Counted from the stretch's first letter, positions 22,490 through 34,141 are shown. The stretch is 64,000 nt of DNA from Thermoleophilia bacterium (GCA_040770645.1 JAXGIS010000002.1:165972-229971); one strand, 5' to 3'. Notes: generated from the sequence alone by a model not told the origin. Numbers and translations: made by a program.

Positions 22490-24151
22490 TCACACCGCAA
22501 CGCGCGCATAGGCGCAGTTGCGGCTCACCCCTTCCACCACCACACCTACGGACCGCCCCACCAAGTCACCGGCGCCGAATACAATGACCACGTACGATCC
22601 CAGGCGCGCGATACCGTCGCGCGATTCGTAGACGCTGCGCTCGATGATCTCCACGGTCAACTGCTGGCCCCGCACCACGGGAAGTGCCGCCCGGCTGATG
22701 ACCTCACGACTACCTTCGGCGCTGATGGCCATCTCCTCGCGCTCAAGATGGTCGACGCCCTCGAAGATGAAGAGCCGGCCCACTTCTTCCGAGAAACGGT
22801 GGGCGCGCGCACCCTCGGCCTCAGCGAACACCCCAGCCACATCCGGATGAACCTCAACCAGGAAGGCTTCGGACGAGGACTCCTTGGCAAGCACCCGGAG
22901 TCTGCGCTCAACTTCGAGCGCCACGCTCTGCGCGGACACCACCACACCCTCGCCCTTGCACACCGTACACGGACGGGTCATGATGCCACGAATGCCATCC
23001 GTAACGTTCTGCCGCGTCATCTCCACCAATCCCAGCGGCGACAACTCCACCACGTAAGTCTTGGTGCGGTCCTTGGCCAGTTCGGCTTCCAAGGTGGCCA
23101 GAACCTGCTCTCGGTTCTCGCGGCGGGCCATGTCGATGAAATCAATGATGATGATGCCGCCGATGTCCCGGATGCGGAGTTGTCGTACCACCTCCCGGGC
23201 AGCCTCGAGATTAGTCCGTAGAACGGTGTCCTCCAGGAATGAGCGCCCCACGTACCTACCGCTGTTGACATCAATGACGGTCATGGCCTCGGTGTGGTCG
23301 ATGACCAAGTAGCCGCCCGAAGGGAGGCCGGCCCGACGCTGGACCGCCCTCTTGATCTCTGTCTCGATACCGTACACTTCGAACATGGGGCGGCCGCCCT
23401 GATACAACTCCACTCGGTCTGCCATTTCCGGGGTGGTGGTCTGCAGAAACCCCACGATGCGCTTCTGCAGCGCCTCGTCATCCACCAGCACCTGCCCAAT
23501 CTCCTCCGTGAACTCGTCGCGGATGATCTTCATGGCCAAGTCGGCCTCCGAGTAGACCACGTTGGACACTTCCAGTTCCAAACGTCGCTGCACGGTACCC
23601 CACAACTTCTCGAGGAAGCGCAGGTCCCGAGTGATGGCCTTCTCGCTCACACCCTCAGCGGCCGTGCGAATGATCACACCGGCCTTCTCCGGCTTGATCT
23701 CCTGACACAGCTTGCGCAACCGTGCCCGCTCCGCGTCGGGAAGTCGCCGCGAAACACCGCAAACCCTTCCGCCGGGAACGAACACGAGGTAGCGTCCGGC
23801 GATGCTGAGTTCGGTGGTGACACGAGCGCCTTTGACGCCCATGGGGTCTTTCACCACCTGGACCACTATCGACTGCCCGGGTTTGACCAGTTGCGTGATC
23901 TTCTTACCGCGCTGTCCCTGTTCCTCCGGAAGGAAGATGTCGTCCACGTACAGGAAGCCGTTCTTCTCAAGCCCGATGTCCACAAACGCCGCATCCATGC
24001 CGGCCAACACGTTCACGACCCGACCCCTGTAGATGTTGCCCACATAAGACCGGCGGTCGGAACGCTCTACGTACAACTCCACCAACCGCCCCTCCTCCAG
24101 AAGAGCGGCCCGGGTTTCGTTGGCCTCGGCGCTTATGAGCAGTTGCTTCAT
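22490..24151 (-). CDS. rng: Rne/Rng family ribonuclease with C-terminal TRAM-like domain
   Basis: GNIYRGRV, AAFVDIG, KGARVT, IDVNSG, IRDIGGIIIIDFIDM, GLVEMTRQ, CTVC. Confidence 0.93.
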   Translation of the reverse strand: MKQLLISAEANETRAALLEEGRLVELYVERSDRRSYVGNIYRGRVVNVLAGMDAAFVDIGLEKNGFLYVDDIFLPEEQGQRGKKITQLVKPGQSIVVQVVKDPMGVKGARVTTELSIAGRYLVFVPGGRVCGVSRRLPDAERARLRKLCQEIKPEKAGVIIRTAAEGVSEKAITRDLRFLEKLWGTVQRRLELEVSNVVYSEADLAMKIIRDEFTEEIGQVLVDDEALQKRIVGFLQTTTPEMADRVELYQGGRPMFEVYGIETEIKRAVQRRAGLPSGGYLVIDHTEAMTVIDVNSGRYVGRSFLEDTVLRTNLEAAREVVRQLRIRDIGGIIIIDFIDMARRENREQVLATLEAELAKDRTKTYVVELSPLGLVEMTRQNVTDGIRGIMTRPCTVCKGEGVVVSAQSVALEVERRLRVLAKESSSEAFLVEVHPDVAGVFAEAEGARAHRFSEEVGRLFIFEGVDHLEREEMAISAEGSREVISRAALPVVRGQQLTVEIIERSVYESRDGIARLGSYVVIVFGAGDLVGRSVGVVVEGVSRNCAYARVAV

Positions 24152-24164
24152 CGCCTATTCCCTA

Positions 24165-26799
24165 TCATCCATGGAGGCCATCTCCTCCCAAATCTATGGC
24201 CAGACGCTCCACACTGCGGACCTCTATCTTCTCACCCGCCATCTGCGCCAACGCCGCAGCAATCTCCTGGGGTCTGGCCGATCCTCCCGGTCCCACGAGC
24301 GAATAGAACTCAACGCCCCCATCCTCACGAACTTGGACTTGGGAGACGAACAATTTCACGTCCACCCGCCGTATTTCGCCGGGTCGCCTTCTCTCCACCA
24401 CGATGGAACCGGCTTCAGTATATCGTCGCGCGGCCGCCGTCAGCATATCCCCCCACCGCTCTCCCCCGTGAGCCTGCACAGCTTCGGCTCCCTCCGCCGC
24501 CTCTCCTGTCGACGGTTGCGTGTGTAGCATGTATCTGCAGCCAACCACGTACGCCGCCACCGACTTCCGTTTTCGCCACGGCATCATGCCCGTGACGGCC
24601 ACCCCCTCGGGTAGTGCCGCCGCCAGCCGTGATACGAAGTCGGCCGGAGGCGGCTGGCTCAGAGCGATTTGGCAGAACTCCTGCCGGCTCTCCACGCCCA
24701 CCGGCCTCGGCAGAGCCACACTGAGCAAAGGCTTGGGCCGCATGCCCGCCGACAGCGCCAGAGTGCCTCCGGCCCGTCGTACGGCCCGCCGCAGGAGCTG
24801 CAGGGTGTCCAAGTGCGCCAGGAATCTCTGCCGCCCGTGTACCGAGTACTCGATGAGATACTCAAAAACGCGCCCCGCCCACTTCGAAGATGCCGCCGGA
24901 CGCCGGGACATCGTCCCCTCAGTCGGTCCGCCACCCGCCCCCAATACGGCACCCGCCTCTGATACGCCACCCGCCCCCAATACGACATCCCCATCCGGCC
25001 TCATATCGGCCGGGGCCAAGTCCGGCCCCGGCACAGCCTCTCCGCAGACGCCGCACTCTTCGCACCCCTCCCACCGGCAGTCGGGGGTGGTAAGACCTCG
25101 CGCCGCCCTCTCGCGTTCACGCAAGAGATAACTCCGCGAGACCACGGGCCCGGTGATGACTTCCCACGGCAGGGCAACCGCCGGATCCAAAGCAGTGGTG
25201 GCCAAACCCTCGGCCGACAGCCCGCGTGCCCGGAACGCCGCATCCCATGCATCAAGCCGTTCGTGTTCGGTCCAACAATCGAATCGCGCCCCGGCCTGCC
25301 AAGCCGCCTCCACCACATCGGCCAACTCAACTCCCCCACGGGCAAGCGCAGCCTCCAAGTAACTGGTGTCGATGGAATGCAGGGAGAGTTTGGCCTGTCC
25401 GCGACCAAGACCCGCGCGCAGGATGCCCTGCCGCCTTTCGAGTGTCGCCCTATCGGCCATGGCTTCCCACTGGAACGGCGTGAACGGTTTGGGAATGAAG
25501 TTGGTGACGCTCACGTGGAGGGCCAGCCGGCCGCTCCGTGCACCCAGGCTCTTCTTGCCCAGTTCGCGCAGGCGCCGACAGAGGTCCACGAAGCCAGCAC
25601 ATCCTCATCGCGTTCGCCGGGCAACCCAATCATGAAGTAGAGCTTGAGAATAGTGTGCCCCCCGGCGAATGCCTCGCGGGCCGCGCCCATGATGTCCTCG
25701 TCGGACACGTTCTTGTTGATGATGTCGCGCAGCCTTTGACTTCCCGCTTCCGGCGCCAGCGTTACCGTGGAGCTCGAGGGCGAAACCAGATGGGAGAGAC
25801 GCACCGAAGCCGAATCCACCCGCAATGAGGGCAGTGCGACGCGAACGCCCGGGTGATCCGAAGCCAGAGACGAGAGGACCCGCTGTAGGGCCGAGTAGTC
25901 GGTGGTGGAGAGCGAACTCAACGCCAGCTCCTCATGTCCGCTGGCCGCCAGCTGAGCCGAAGCCAACCCAAGGAGTGAATCCGCCCGCCGTTCGCGCACC
26001 GGTCGATACCACATGCCCGCCTGGCAGAAACGACACCCGCGCGTGCATCCACGCATGATCTCCACCCACGCCCGGTCGTGCACGCCGGCCGCCAGCGGCA
26101 CCAGGCACTCCACCGGATAGGGCGCACCCTCCAAGCTGGCCAGCACCCTCCGCTCCACGCTCCGACTCACGCCGGGGACGTACACTCCGCGGATGGAAGC
26201 CAGACTCGACAGCACCGCCGTACGTCCTGCACCGGATTCCACCTCCCGGCGCATTACTTCCAGGATCTCCGGGAAAACTTCCTCCCCATCCCCCACCACC
26301 ACCGCATCGAGAAACGGCTCCATGGGCAGGAAGTTGGACACGGCCGCCCCCCGGCTATCACCAGGGGGAAAGCGGAGCGCTGCGACGCGCGCACGGGAAT
26401 CCCGGCCAGGTGGAGCAACTCCAGCACGTTGGTGTAGTTGAGCTCATGCTGCAGGGTGATGCCCACCAAGTGCGCATCCCTGACCGGAGACCACGTCTCC
26501 AGCGTCGGCAGATACAACCCCTCCGCGCGCATGAGAGAGATCGCCTCTACCCAGGGCAGATAGCACCGCTCAACACCCACTCCCGCCGTCTCCCGCGCGA
26601 GGTGGTACAAGATTTGAATCGCCTGGTTGGAGATACCGATCTCGTAGGCCTCGGGGAAAGCAACCACTACGCGGAGGGGGTCGCTATATTCAGATCCGAG
26701 GCGAGACCACCCGGGGCCGGATCCAGTCTCTCCGCCACTCAAGCGCGACGCATTCTGGATCCGCTCGAGGAGTGCGACGAAGCGCGTGCGGTCTCCCAC
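24165..26799 (-). CDS. TIGR03960-type B12-binding radical SAM protein fused to TIGR03936-type domain (indels near 26340 and 25590)
   Basis: FPEAYEIGISNQ, GITLQHELNYTN, RGCTRGCRFCQAG, APEAGSQRLR, KLYFMIGLP, FIPKPFTPFQW, then FLAHLD...RAVRRA...MRPKP; usual position between rodA and rne. Confidence 0.85.
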
Positions 26800-26825
26800 G
26801 TTCAGAAGGTGCTCTGCACTCGACG

Positions 26826-27707
26826 CTACCGTCGGAATCGCTGCACCAACGCCGTTGCCCGCTCCCGCAGGGTGTGAACGGAGAGCGCAGCGCCGCTCTC
26901 GAAGTAGCGAAACGCGGCTTCACCCAACGCCTTGGTCCCTGCGTAGCCCACGCTGCCCTTCACGGCCCAACCCACCCCGGGGACCAGGCCCATCAACTGC
27001 CGAGCCACCGCGCGAAAGCCCAAGCCCGCCCCCAGGACAGACGCCAGCTCGAGCAGCCTATCCACGCTCACCTCGTAGCCAAACAGGCCGGCCAGGTTGA
27101 GGAGTAATCGCATTTGGTTCAAGGTCATCACCGCCAGGTCCGTGCCCGGTACGAAAAGGACGGCCCCCACGGCGGCGTTCTGCAAAGAGGCGTTCGCTAT
27201 GAGACGACGCGCCGCCGCCCGACGCAGCGTAGGATACGCTCGGGCCAACGGTATGGCCCGCGGCCCGGCCGCCCAGACCAAAGCCTCCCACACCCGGTCC
27301 CAGGAAGCGGCCGTCGCCACCCCCACCCGAGCCACCCGATCTGAGTACCAGGTGACGGCAGGGGAGTCACGCTTGTCTCCCAGAACGGCCACCACGCCTC
27401 CGCCCGGCCAGGAGGCGCGTCGCAAACCCTCTCGCAGCTGAGCCTCCCCCTCTGCCGGGATTACCACAAGCACCACCGTCTCTGGGCTGGTCGCCGGCGG
27501 GAGAGTCACAGAAGTTGCAACGGACGCCACCGCGTGCTCAGAAGCGCCCTCGAGGCTCTCCCCACCCACAAGCATTTGCCGCACACTGTCCGCCACCTCG
27601 GGGTCAGCCAGAATCAGCAACTCAGCCGGCATCGCCGCCAAGTCGGCCCCCGCCTTAACGGCGCCGAGCACGTCTGAGGGATCGATTGGGAGTTTCAGTT
27701 GCGGCAT
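26826..27707 (-). CDS. DUF697-like membrane-associated protein
   Basis: C-terminal ASLQNAAVGAVLFVPGTDLAVMTLNQ...LGFRAVARQL...PGVGWAVKGSVGYAGT resembles DUF697. Confidence 0.65.
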   Translation of the reverse strand: MPQLKLPIDPSDVLGAVKAGADLAAMPAELLILADPEVADSVRQMLVGGESLEGASEHAVASVATSVTLPPATSPETVVLVVIPAEGEAQLREGLRRASWPGGGVVAVLGDKRDSPAVTWYSDRVARVGVATAASWDRVWEALVWAAGPRAIPLARAYPTLRRAAARRLIANASLQNAAVGAVLFVPGTDLAVMTLNQMRLLLNLAGLFGYEVSVDRLLELASVLGAGLGFRAVARQLMGLVPGVGWAVKGSVGYAGTKALGEAAFRYFESGAALSVHTLRERATALVQRFRR

Positions 27708-27717
27708 GGAGCCCCTG

Positions 27718-28915
27718 TCATCGCCTGAGTGACACGCGGCCGGTGGAGTACCCTGCGATCATGGAACGCACCTGAATGCTCTCGAGAACCCCTATGGCCA
27801 ACCAGAATACTACCAGGGAAGAGCTTCCGTAGCTAAGGAAGGGGAGGGGCACACCGGCCACGGGCATGATGCCGATAGTCATGCCGATGTTGAGGAAGAT
27901 CTGGAACAGAAGCATGCCGGCCACCCCCGCCGCCATCACGGATCCGTAAAGGCTCTGAGACCGACCGGCGATACGAAGGATGCGCCAGATCATGAGCAGA
28001 TAGAGACTCAGGAGCACCATCGCCCCCAAGAAGCCGAACTCCTCGCCGATAACCGAAAAAATGAAGTCGGTGTGGGACTCGGGCAGGAAACCGAGGTGGT
28101 CTGCGTACCTCCCGTGAAACCCTTACCGGTGAACATACCGCTGGCCACCGCGATGCGACTCTGCATCAACTGATACCCCACACCAGACGTGTCGTGTTCA
28201 GGGTTGACGAACACCATCAGGCGCTGCAACTGGTAGTCGCGCAGGGCATTGACGCCCATGGCCGGCAGCACCCGCAGAGCGGCCACCGCAACCAAGGCAC
28301 CCCCCGTGATGAGCAGGGCGGCATGCCTCCAGTTGATACCCCATGCCAAGAGCATGGAAGACATGATGGCGATGAACACCAGCGATGTGCCCAAGTCCGG
28401 TTCCAAGGCCACCAGCAGCGCCGGCAACGCCACGTAGCCCACGGCCAACAGAACGAAGCGGAACCGGTTTCTGAGTTCAACACCCCCGGCCAGAAAAGCA
28501 CCCAGTGTAACTATGAGGAGAAGCTTGCCCAACTCGGCCGACTGGACATCGAAGAAGGGTAGGGCAATCCAGCGATGAGCACCATGACGGCCGGTCCCGA
28601 CGAACAACGTGACGACCAGCAACAGAATCATGCGGCATAGATGTGCTTCTGCCAACGAGCGTAACGCTCAAAGTCCACCAGACTGAGCACCAGGGATACG
28701 GCGAACCCCAGACCCAGTCCAATGGACTGCGCCCTGACGTAGTACATCGACGCACCTTGCCCCGCATCTGCGTGGGTAGCCGAATAGATCATGGCCAACC
28801 CCACTCCGCTCAACGTGAGTGCGCTCAGTAGAAGAAGCCAGTCGTAGGAACGAACGTACGCGCCCAAGGTTAGGCTCTTCGCACGGCTGCTCCCTGCCTG
28901 CTCCAGAATCATCAT
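27718..28915 (-). CDS. rodA: Rod shape-determining SEDS protein RodA (indels near 28635 and 28095)
   Basis: DWLLLLS, RWIALP, EPDLGT, YQLQRL, GYQLMQSRIAVASG, PVAGVPLPFLSYG; downstream of mrdA. Confidence 0.92.
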
Positions 28916-30805
28916 TCGGTCCACTCTATCTCGCCCAGGCCGGTGTCGCCTGTGCCGAAATAGGCCTCCATCACGCGCCGCACCACCGGCGCCGCCACGC
29001 TGGAACCGTGCCCGCCTTTCTCGATCAGCGCCACCACCACGATCTCAGGGTTGTCCACCGGCGCGTAGCCGACGAACCAGGCGTAGTCGGCATCCGGCAG
29101 CTTCTCGGCCGTACCCGTCTTGCCGGCTACCGGGATGGGGAAGTTCTTCCATGCTTTGTAAGCCGTGCCCCAAGGGTGCGCGGTGACCAGTTTCAATCCC
29201 TCATAGAGGGCGGCGTACGTGTCCGGCGTGAGGTCCAGGTCCGCCCGAACTTCAGTCTGAAACTCATGGATGGTGTTGCCGGCCGCATCTGTGATCATGC
29301 GGCCCAACCGCGGCACCAGCACTTTGCCTTTGTTGGCCACGGCGCTGTAGGCCACCGCCAACTGCAGGGGAGTCACCAACAGGTCTCCCTGGCCGATACA
29401 GAGGTTCACTTCATCGCCCGGTTTCCAGATCTTGTCTTCATCTGTCTTGCCCTCCCGACGCTTCCACTCCTTGTCGGGAACCCGGCCCGGGCTCTCGCCG
29501 GGCAGATCAATGCCCGACGTCTGGCCGAAACCGAAGCGACGCACACCCTCTTGTAATATCGGGCCTTCCTGTTCAAAGAAGAGCTCGCCCAGCTTGTAGA
29601 AGTACACATCGCACGACTCCATGATGGCTTCCACCAAGTTGACCTCGCCGTGCCCGTCATCGTTCCAGCACTTCAATAGCCGATCCTTGACGGTGTAGGT
29701 GCCCGTGCAGTTGGCGAGCGTGTCCCACGTGGCCAGACCCTCCGCAACGCCAGTGGCGGCTATGAACGCCTTGAACAGGACGCAGCCGGGTAAAGGCCGT
29801 TGATGGCGCGGTTGAATAGGGGGTACTTGGCCGCCGGATCGTTGAGAGCGGCGTAGTCCTTGTTGCTGATGCCCCCCACCCAGACCGAGGGATCATAGTC
29901 AGGGTAGGAGGTCATGGCCAAGATCTCGCCCGTGTTGGGGTTCATGGCCACCACCACTCCGGCATCGGCGTCAGTGAAGCCGTCGGCGTGGGCGCGTTCA
30001 ATGCCCTCAACAACGGCCCGCTCGGCTGCCTCCTGCAGCTGACTGTCAATGGTCGTGATGAGGTTGTTCCCGGGAATAGGGTTGACCGTGTCACGGACGC
30101 TCTTGGGCCTCCCTGTCGCGTCAACCTCAACCTGGCGGTTCCCATCAGTGCCGCGCAGGAAGGCGTCGTAAGTGACCTCCACGCCCTGTTTGCCCACCTG
30201 CGCCCCCGGTAAGAGCGTGCGAAATCGCTCTTGATTCAGTTCCGTCTCTGATATCTCACCTACGTAACCGAGTATATGGGCCGCAAACGGTCCGCGCGGG
30301 TAACTACGGACGTACGACTTCCGCACCCTGACGCCGGGGAACTCCAGACTGTGTTCTTTGAGATATGTAACCGTGGGCGCTTCCGAGACGTCTTCGGCCA
30401 AAGTCACTACGCGATAGGGATCCTGCTTTCGGGCCTTATTGACCTTCGCGGCTATCTCCTCATAGGGGATACCCAGTATCTCGGCGAGCTTCGGCAGTAC
30501 GTCCCCTTCGTTCCGCAAGTCCATGGGGAGCACGCCCACGCTCAGACCGGCTCGGTTTTCCACCAAGACCTCGCCGTCCCTGTCCTTGATCACCCCGCGG
30601 GGTGCTTCCAGCACAACCGTCCTGACCCTGTTGTCGTTGGCCAATGATACGTAGTAGTCGCACTGAGAGAACTGGAGGAACCAGAGTCGGAAGGCGATGA
30701 TGGCGAACAGGATCACGGCCATGTACCCAGCAAAATGCCCAACCGCAGGCCGGTGGACGGATCCTCAGCGGGGGGGCGATGCTTCTTCGCTGGTTCCAGG
30801 TACAC
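28912..30805 (-). CDS. mrdA: Penicillin-binding protein 2 (several indels)
   Basis: RLWFLQ, APRGVIKDRDG, RSYP, HILGYVGEI, NRAINGLYP, SCDVYFY, AGKTGTAE; GTG at 30805 with SD GGGGAG. Confidence 0.93.
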
Positions 30806-30865
30806 GTTGACTCCCCTATCGGCGGGACCGCCGGCCACGGGCACTCACATCCGTCCCCGCCGGCG

Positions 30866-31405
30866 TCACGGCCGCGTGCCTCCGTCCGGCTGCGGGCGCG
30901 GCATGAGCCTGAGCCGCGCCAAACCCAGATAGAGCGGAGCAGCCAGTAGACCGTTCACCACGGCCGACGGTAGCACCTGCCTCCAAAGCATGCTCAAGAA
31001 CGGAGCTCTATTGCCGGTGATGAACTGGAATACCGCGTACGCCGATTGCCCAACCAACGTGGCCGCAGCCACCAGGAGCACAACCACCCAGGCACTGTAG
31101 GGGGGCATCCACTCCGAGTAGAGACCGCACAGGTAGCCCGCCAGAAGATAGAGAAGCATCCGCAGGCCTATGGGATCCATGAATACGATATCGGCCACGA
31201 GCCCGCTTATGAACCCGAACAATGCTCCAACCAGGGCGCCTCGGCTCATCCCCACGAGAACGGGCAGGATGAGGAACACGTCGGCCGTAACGCCCAAGAC
31301 GGTGAAGCGAGAGGTGAAGACCGCCTGCAGTCCTATCCCCAAGACCAGAAGGAGGGCCAGACGCAGCATCTCCGCCAGTCTGCCCCGGGGAGCGTTCACT
31401 GTCAC
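30866..31405 (-). CDS. mreD: Rod shape-determining protein MreD
   Basis: Multi-TM protein with GALFGFISGLVAD between mreC and mrdA. Confidence 0.88.
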   Translation of the reverse strand: MTVNAPRGRLAEMLRLALLLVLGIGLQAVFTSRFTVLGVTADVFLILPVLVGMSRGALVGALFGFISGLVADIVFMDPIGLRMLLYLLAGYLCGLYSEWMPPYSAWVVVLLVAAATLVGQSAYAVFQFITGNRAPFLSMLWRQVLPSAVVNGLLAAPLYLGLARLRLMPRPQPDGGTRP

Positions 31406-32331
31406 CGCCCCCCGGTCCCCTGTCGGACCCCGGTTGACCGTTGCCTGCTATCAGTGCCGTCCCGCTGCGGCGGATTGGTCAGAACCATGACCTCTTCGAG
31501 GGACCGGACATCCACGAAGGCCTGCACTTCGATGGTCTTGTAGATATTGACGTCTTCCTCCCCCACGCTGACCACCTTGCCGATCGGAATGCCCTTGGGG
31601 AACACCTGACTGGATCCGGACGTGATCACCACTGAGCCCACCACCACCGGCTGGTCGCGCTCCACGAAATCCATGAGCAGGTGACCGGTCACGCTGCCCT
31701 CCAAGATGCCTTCCGCCCGTGTGCCCTGCACCAGGGCGGCCACGCTCGATTCCGGATCGGAGATCAACTGAATCTGCGCTGAGTGCGCCGTAACCGACAT
31801 CACCTTGCCCACCAGCCCCTTGCCGGAGAGCGAGTCTCCGGCGGGACCGGCCGTCCCCACCACGGGTTGGTTCACGGCCAAGCCGTCGGCAGTCCCCTTG
31901 TCGATCTGTATCCACTCCTGCCATCGCGTGGGTGAGCGTCCGATCACACGCGCCACACAGAAGGTGGAGCCGGCCGGGAAGATCCCAGATTCCTGGAAGT
32001 CCAGCAACTGCTTGAGACGTGCGTTCTCCTCACCCGCCTCCTGCATCTGTATGAGCTGCCCGCGGAGCACCTCAACTTCGGCCGACAGCTCTCGATTCTC
32101 CTCGTAAGCAGACCAGAGGCCGGACACGTAACGCCACGCCTCTTGGAAGGGCTGCACGGCGCGGGTGGCAAATGATTGGATGGGGGACATAGTGCCGAGT
32201 CCGGCATCTTGGACTCGGTGCAGGGCACCGTCCGATGTCTCCCGTAAGAAGAGCGTGATGAGTACGAGTGATGTAAGAACCAGCGCGGTCAACACCAGCC
32301 GGCGCCGACCCAATTCCTTCTGTGGCTGCAT
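31402..32331 (-). CDS. mreC: Rod shape-determining protein MreC
   Basis: TM + coiled coil ENARLKQLL, IDKG, GLVGKV, VITSG..VFPKGIPIG. Confidence 0.95.
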   Translation of the reverse strand: MQPQKELGRRRLVLTALVLTSLVLITLFLRETSDGALHRVQDAGLGTMSPIQSFATRAVQPFQEAWRYVSGLWSAYEENRELSAEVEVLRGQLIQMQEAGEENARLKQLLDFQESGIFPAGSTFCVARVIGRSPTRWQEWIQIDKGTADGLAVNQPVVGTAGPAGDSLSGKGLVGKVMSVTAHSAQIQLISDPESSVAALVQGTRAEGILEGSVTGHLLMDFVERDQPVVVGSVVITSGSSQVFPKGIPIGKVVSVGEEDVNIYKTIEVQAFVDVRSLEEVMVLTNPPQRDGTDSRQRSTGVRQGTGGR

Positions 32332-32347
32332 GGATGCCCTCCGCTAG

Positions 32348-33391
32348 CTAGTAGCGGCGCCTGCGTCCTCTGTGCGAGCTCCGGTGCAGAGTCTCGAACT
32401 CCTCCAGCGAACGACCCGATCCCACCGCCACGCAAGTGAGCGGTGACTCGGCCAAGTGGACCGGCATCTGGGTTTCTTGGCGAATACGCTCGGGGAAACC
32501 GCGCAGAAGAGCGCCTCCACCCGCCACCATGATGCCCCGGTCCATGATGTCGGAGGCGAGTTCGGGCGGTGTCTTGTCCAGCGTGGCCTTGATCGCGTCA
32601 ACGATGGCGGCCACCGGCTCGGCGATGGCCTCTCTCACTTCCTCGGAGGCTATGACGACCGTTTTGGGGAGGCCCGTAACCAAGTCCCTACCCCGGATCT
32701 CGGCCTGTTCCTCCTCTTCCAACGCGCACGCGGAGCCGATCTCGAGCTTGAGCTCCTCGGCGGTCTGCGTCCCGATCATTAGTTTGTACTCTTTTTTCAC
32801 GTAGGCGATGATGGCCTCGTCGAGTTCGTCACCGCCCACCCGAACCGATTGCGCCGTCACGATGCCGCCCAGCGAGATGACGGCCACTTCACTGGTGCCG
32901 CCCCCGACATCGACGATCATGCTGCCGGTGGGCTCCCCCACAGGCAGGCCCGCCCCGATAGCTGCCGCCATAGGTTCCTCGATGAGATATGCGGCTCGGG
33001 CACCGGCGGAGATGGTGGCTTCCTCCACCGCCCGCCGCTCCACTCCCGTGACCCCGGACGGCACACAGACCACTACGCGCGGATGCGCCCACCTGTTCTG
33101 GTGCACCTTCTGAATGAAGTGACGCAGCATCTGCTCGGTGACATCGAAGTCCGCGATGACGCCGTCCCTCAGAGGACGGATGGCAGTAATGGTCCCCGGC
33201 GTCCGCCCCAGCATCAACATGGCCTCCGCGCCCACGGCGTAGACCTCTCCGTTGCGCGAACTGATGGCAACCACCGAAGGCTCCGAGAGAACGATGCCTC
33301 GACCGCGAACGTACACGATGGTATTGGCGGTGCCGAGATCAACAGCCATATCTCGTCCACCGAAACCTGTCAACCAATCAAAGAAGGCGAT
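32348..33391 (-). CDS. mreB: Rod shape-determining protein MreB
   Basis: AVDLGTANT, EPSVVA, RPLRDGVIADF, VDVGGGTSEVA, TPPELASDI; start uncertain (see finding). Confidence 0.97.
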   Translation of the reverse strand: MAFFDWLTGFGGRDMAVDLGTANTIVYVRGRGIVLSEPSVVAISSRNGEVYAVGAEAMLMLGRTPGTITAIRPLRDGVIADFDVTEQMLRHFIQKVHQNRWAHPRVVVCVPSGVTGVERRAVEEATISAGARAAYLIEEPMAAAIGAGLPVGEPTGSMIVDVGGGTSEVAVISLGGIVTAQSVRVGGDELDEAIIAYVKKEYKLMIGTQTAEELKLEIGSACALEEEEQAEIRGRDLVTGLPKTVVIASEEVREAIAEPVAAIVDAIKATLDKTPPELASDIMDRGIMVAGGGALLRGFPERIRQETQMPVHLAESPLTCVAVGSGRSLEEFETLHRSSHRGRRRRY

Positions 33392-33448
33392 GGTGCCACT
33401 CCTTGTCTGTTTGTGGCCATCCCCAGAAGGGGGCTGATACCTTTCGAG

Positions 33449-33454
33449 ATTATA
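33449..33454 (-). promoter_or_regulatory. -10 element upstream of mreB
   Basis: Perfect TATAAT on minus strand in the maf-mreB gap; -35 not obvious. Confidence 0.55.
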
Positions 33455-33487
33455 CCGCTCTCTTCCCAACCCGCCCAGATTGTACGC

Positions 33488-34141
33488 TCAGAGCGTACTG
33501 CGTCCACCCTGCGCGACCACATCGGCCGCCGGTGTGGAGAGCGCATCCAAACCCAGTTGCGCCAGCAGCGATACCAATAACCTGAGGGAGAGTCCCACCA
33601 CGGCAAAGTACTCGCCCTCGATACGTTCCACGAACAAGCCTGCCCTTCCCTGGATCCCATAAGCACCGGCCTTGTCGCGCCACTCCCCTGTGTCCAGGTA
33701 CGCCTGGATCCGAGGGTCGGTCAACTCCCGGAACCACACATCAGTCTCCGCGCATCCCGCCACGATCTCGGCGCTGCGGTCGCCGTGCGCCGCGAGCCGG
33801 CGCACGGCGACACCACTCACCACCGTGTGCCTCCCGCCGGCCAGCCGCCGGATCATGTCCCCCGCCTCTTCGCGATCGGTAGGTTTGCCCAAGATGGAGC
33901 CCCCACAGACCACGACGGTGTCGGCACCCAAAACAAGCAGGGGAGGGGCCTCGTCGGAGGGGATCACCGCACCCTCGGCTTTGGCTCTGGCGTTGGCCTC
34001 CACCGTCATGAAGGGGTCGTTGGGATCGATGCTCTCTCGCCCCCGCGAAGGGACGGGGCGAAAGGGGATCCCGGCGGCGGCCAGCAACTCCCGTCGTCGC
34101 GGGGATTCAGAAGCCAGGAGGAGACGCAGCCCTGCGCTCAT
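33488..34141 (-). CDS. maf: Maf family nucleotide pyrophosphatase
   Basis: LLASESPRRRELL, GADTVV, LGKP, DKAGAYGIQG. Confidence 0.95.
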   Translation of the reverse strand: MSAGLRLLLASESPRRRELLAAAGIPFRPVPSRGRESIDPNDPFMTVEANARAKAEGAVIPSDEAPPLLVLGADTVVVCGGSILGKPTDREEAGDMIRRLAGGRHTVVSGVAVRRLAAHGDRSAEIVAGCAETDVWFRELTDPRIQAYLDTGEWRDKAGAYGIQGRAGLFVERIEGEYFAVVGLSLRLLVSLLAQLGLDALSTPAADVVAQGGRSTL

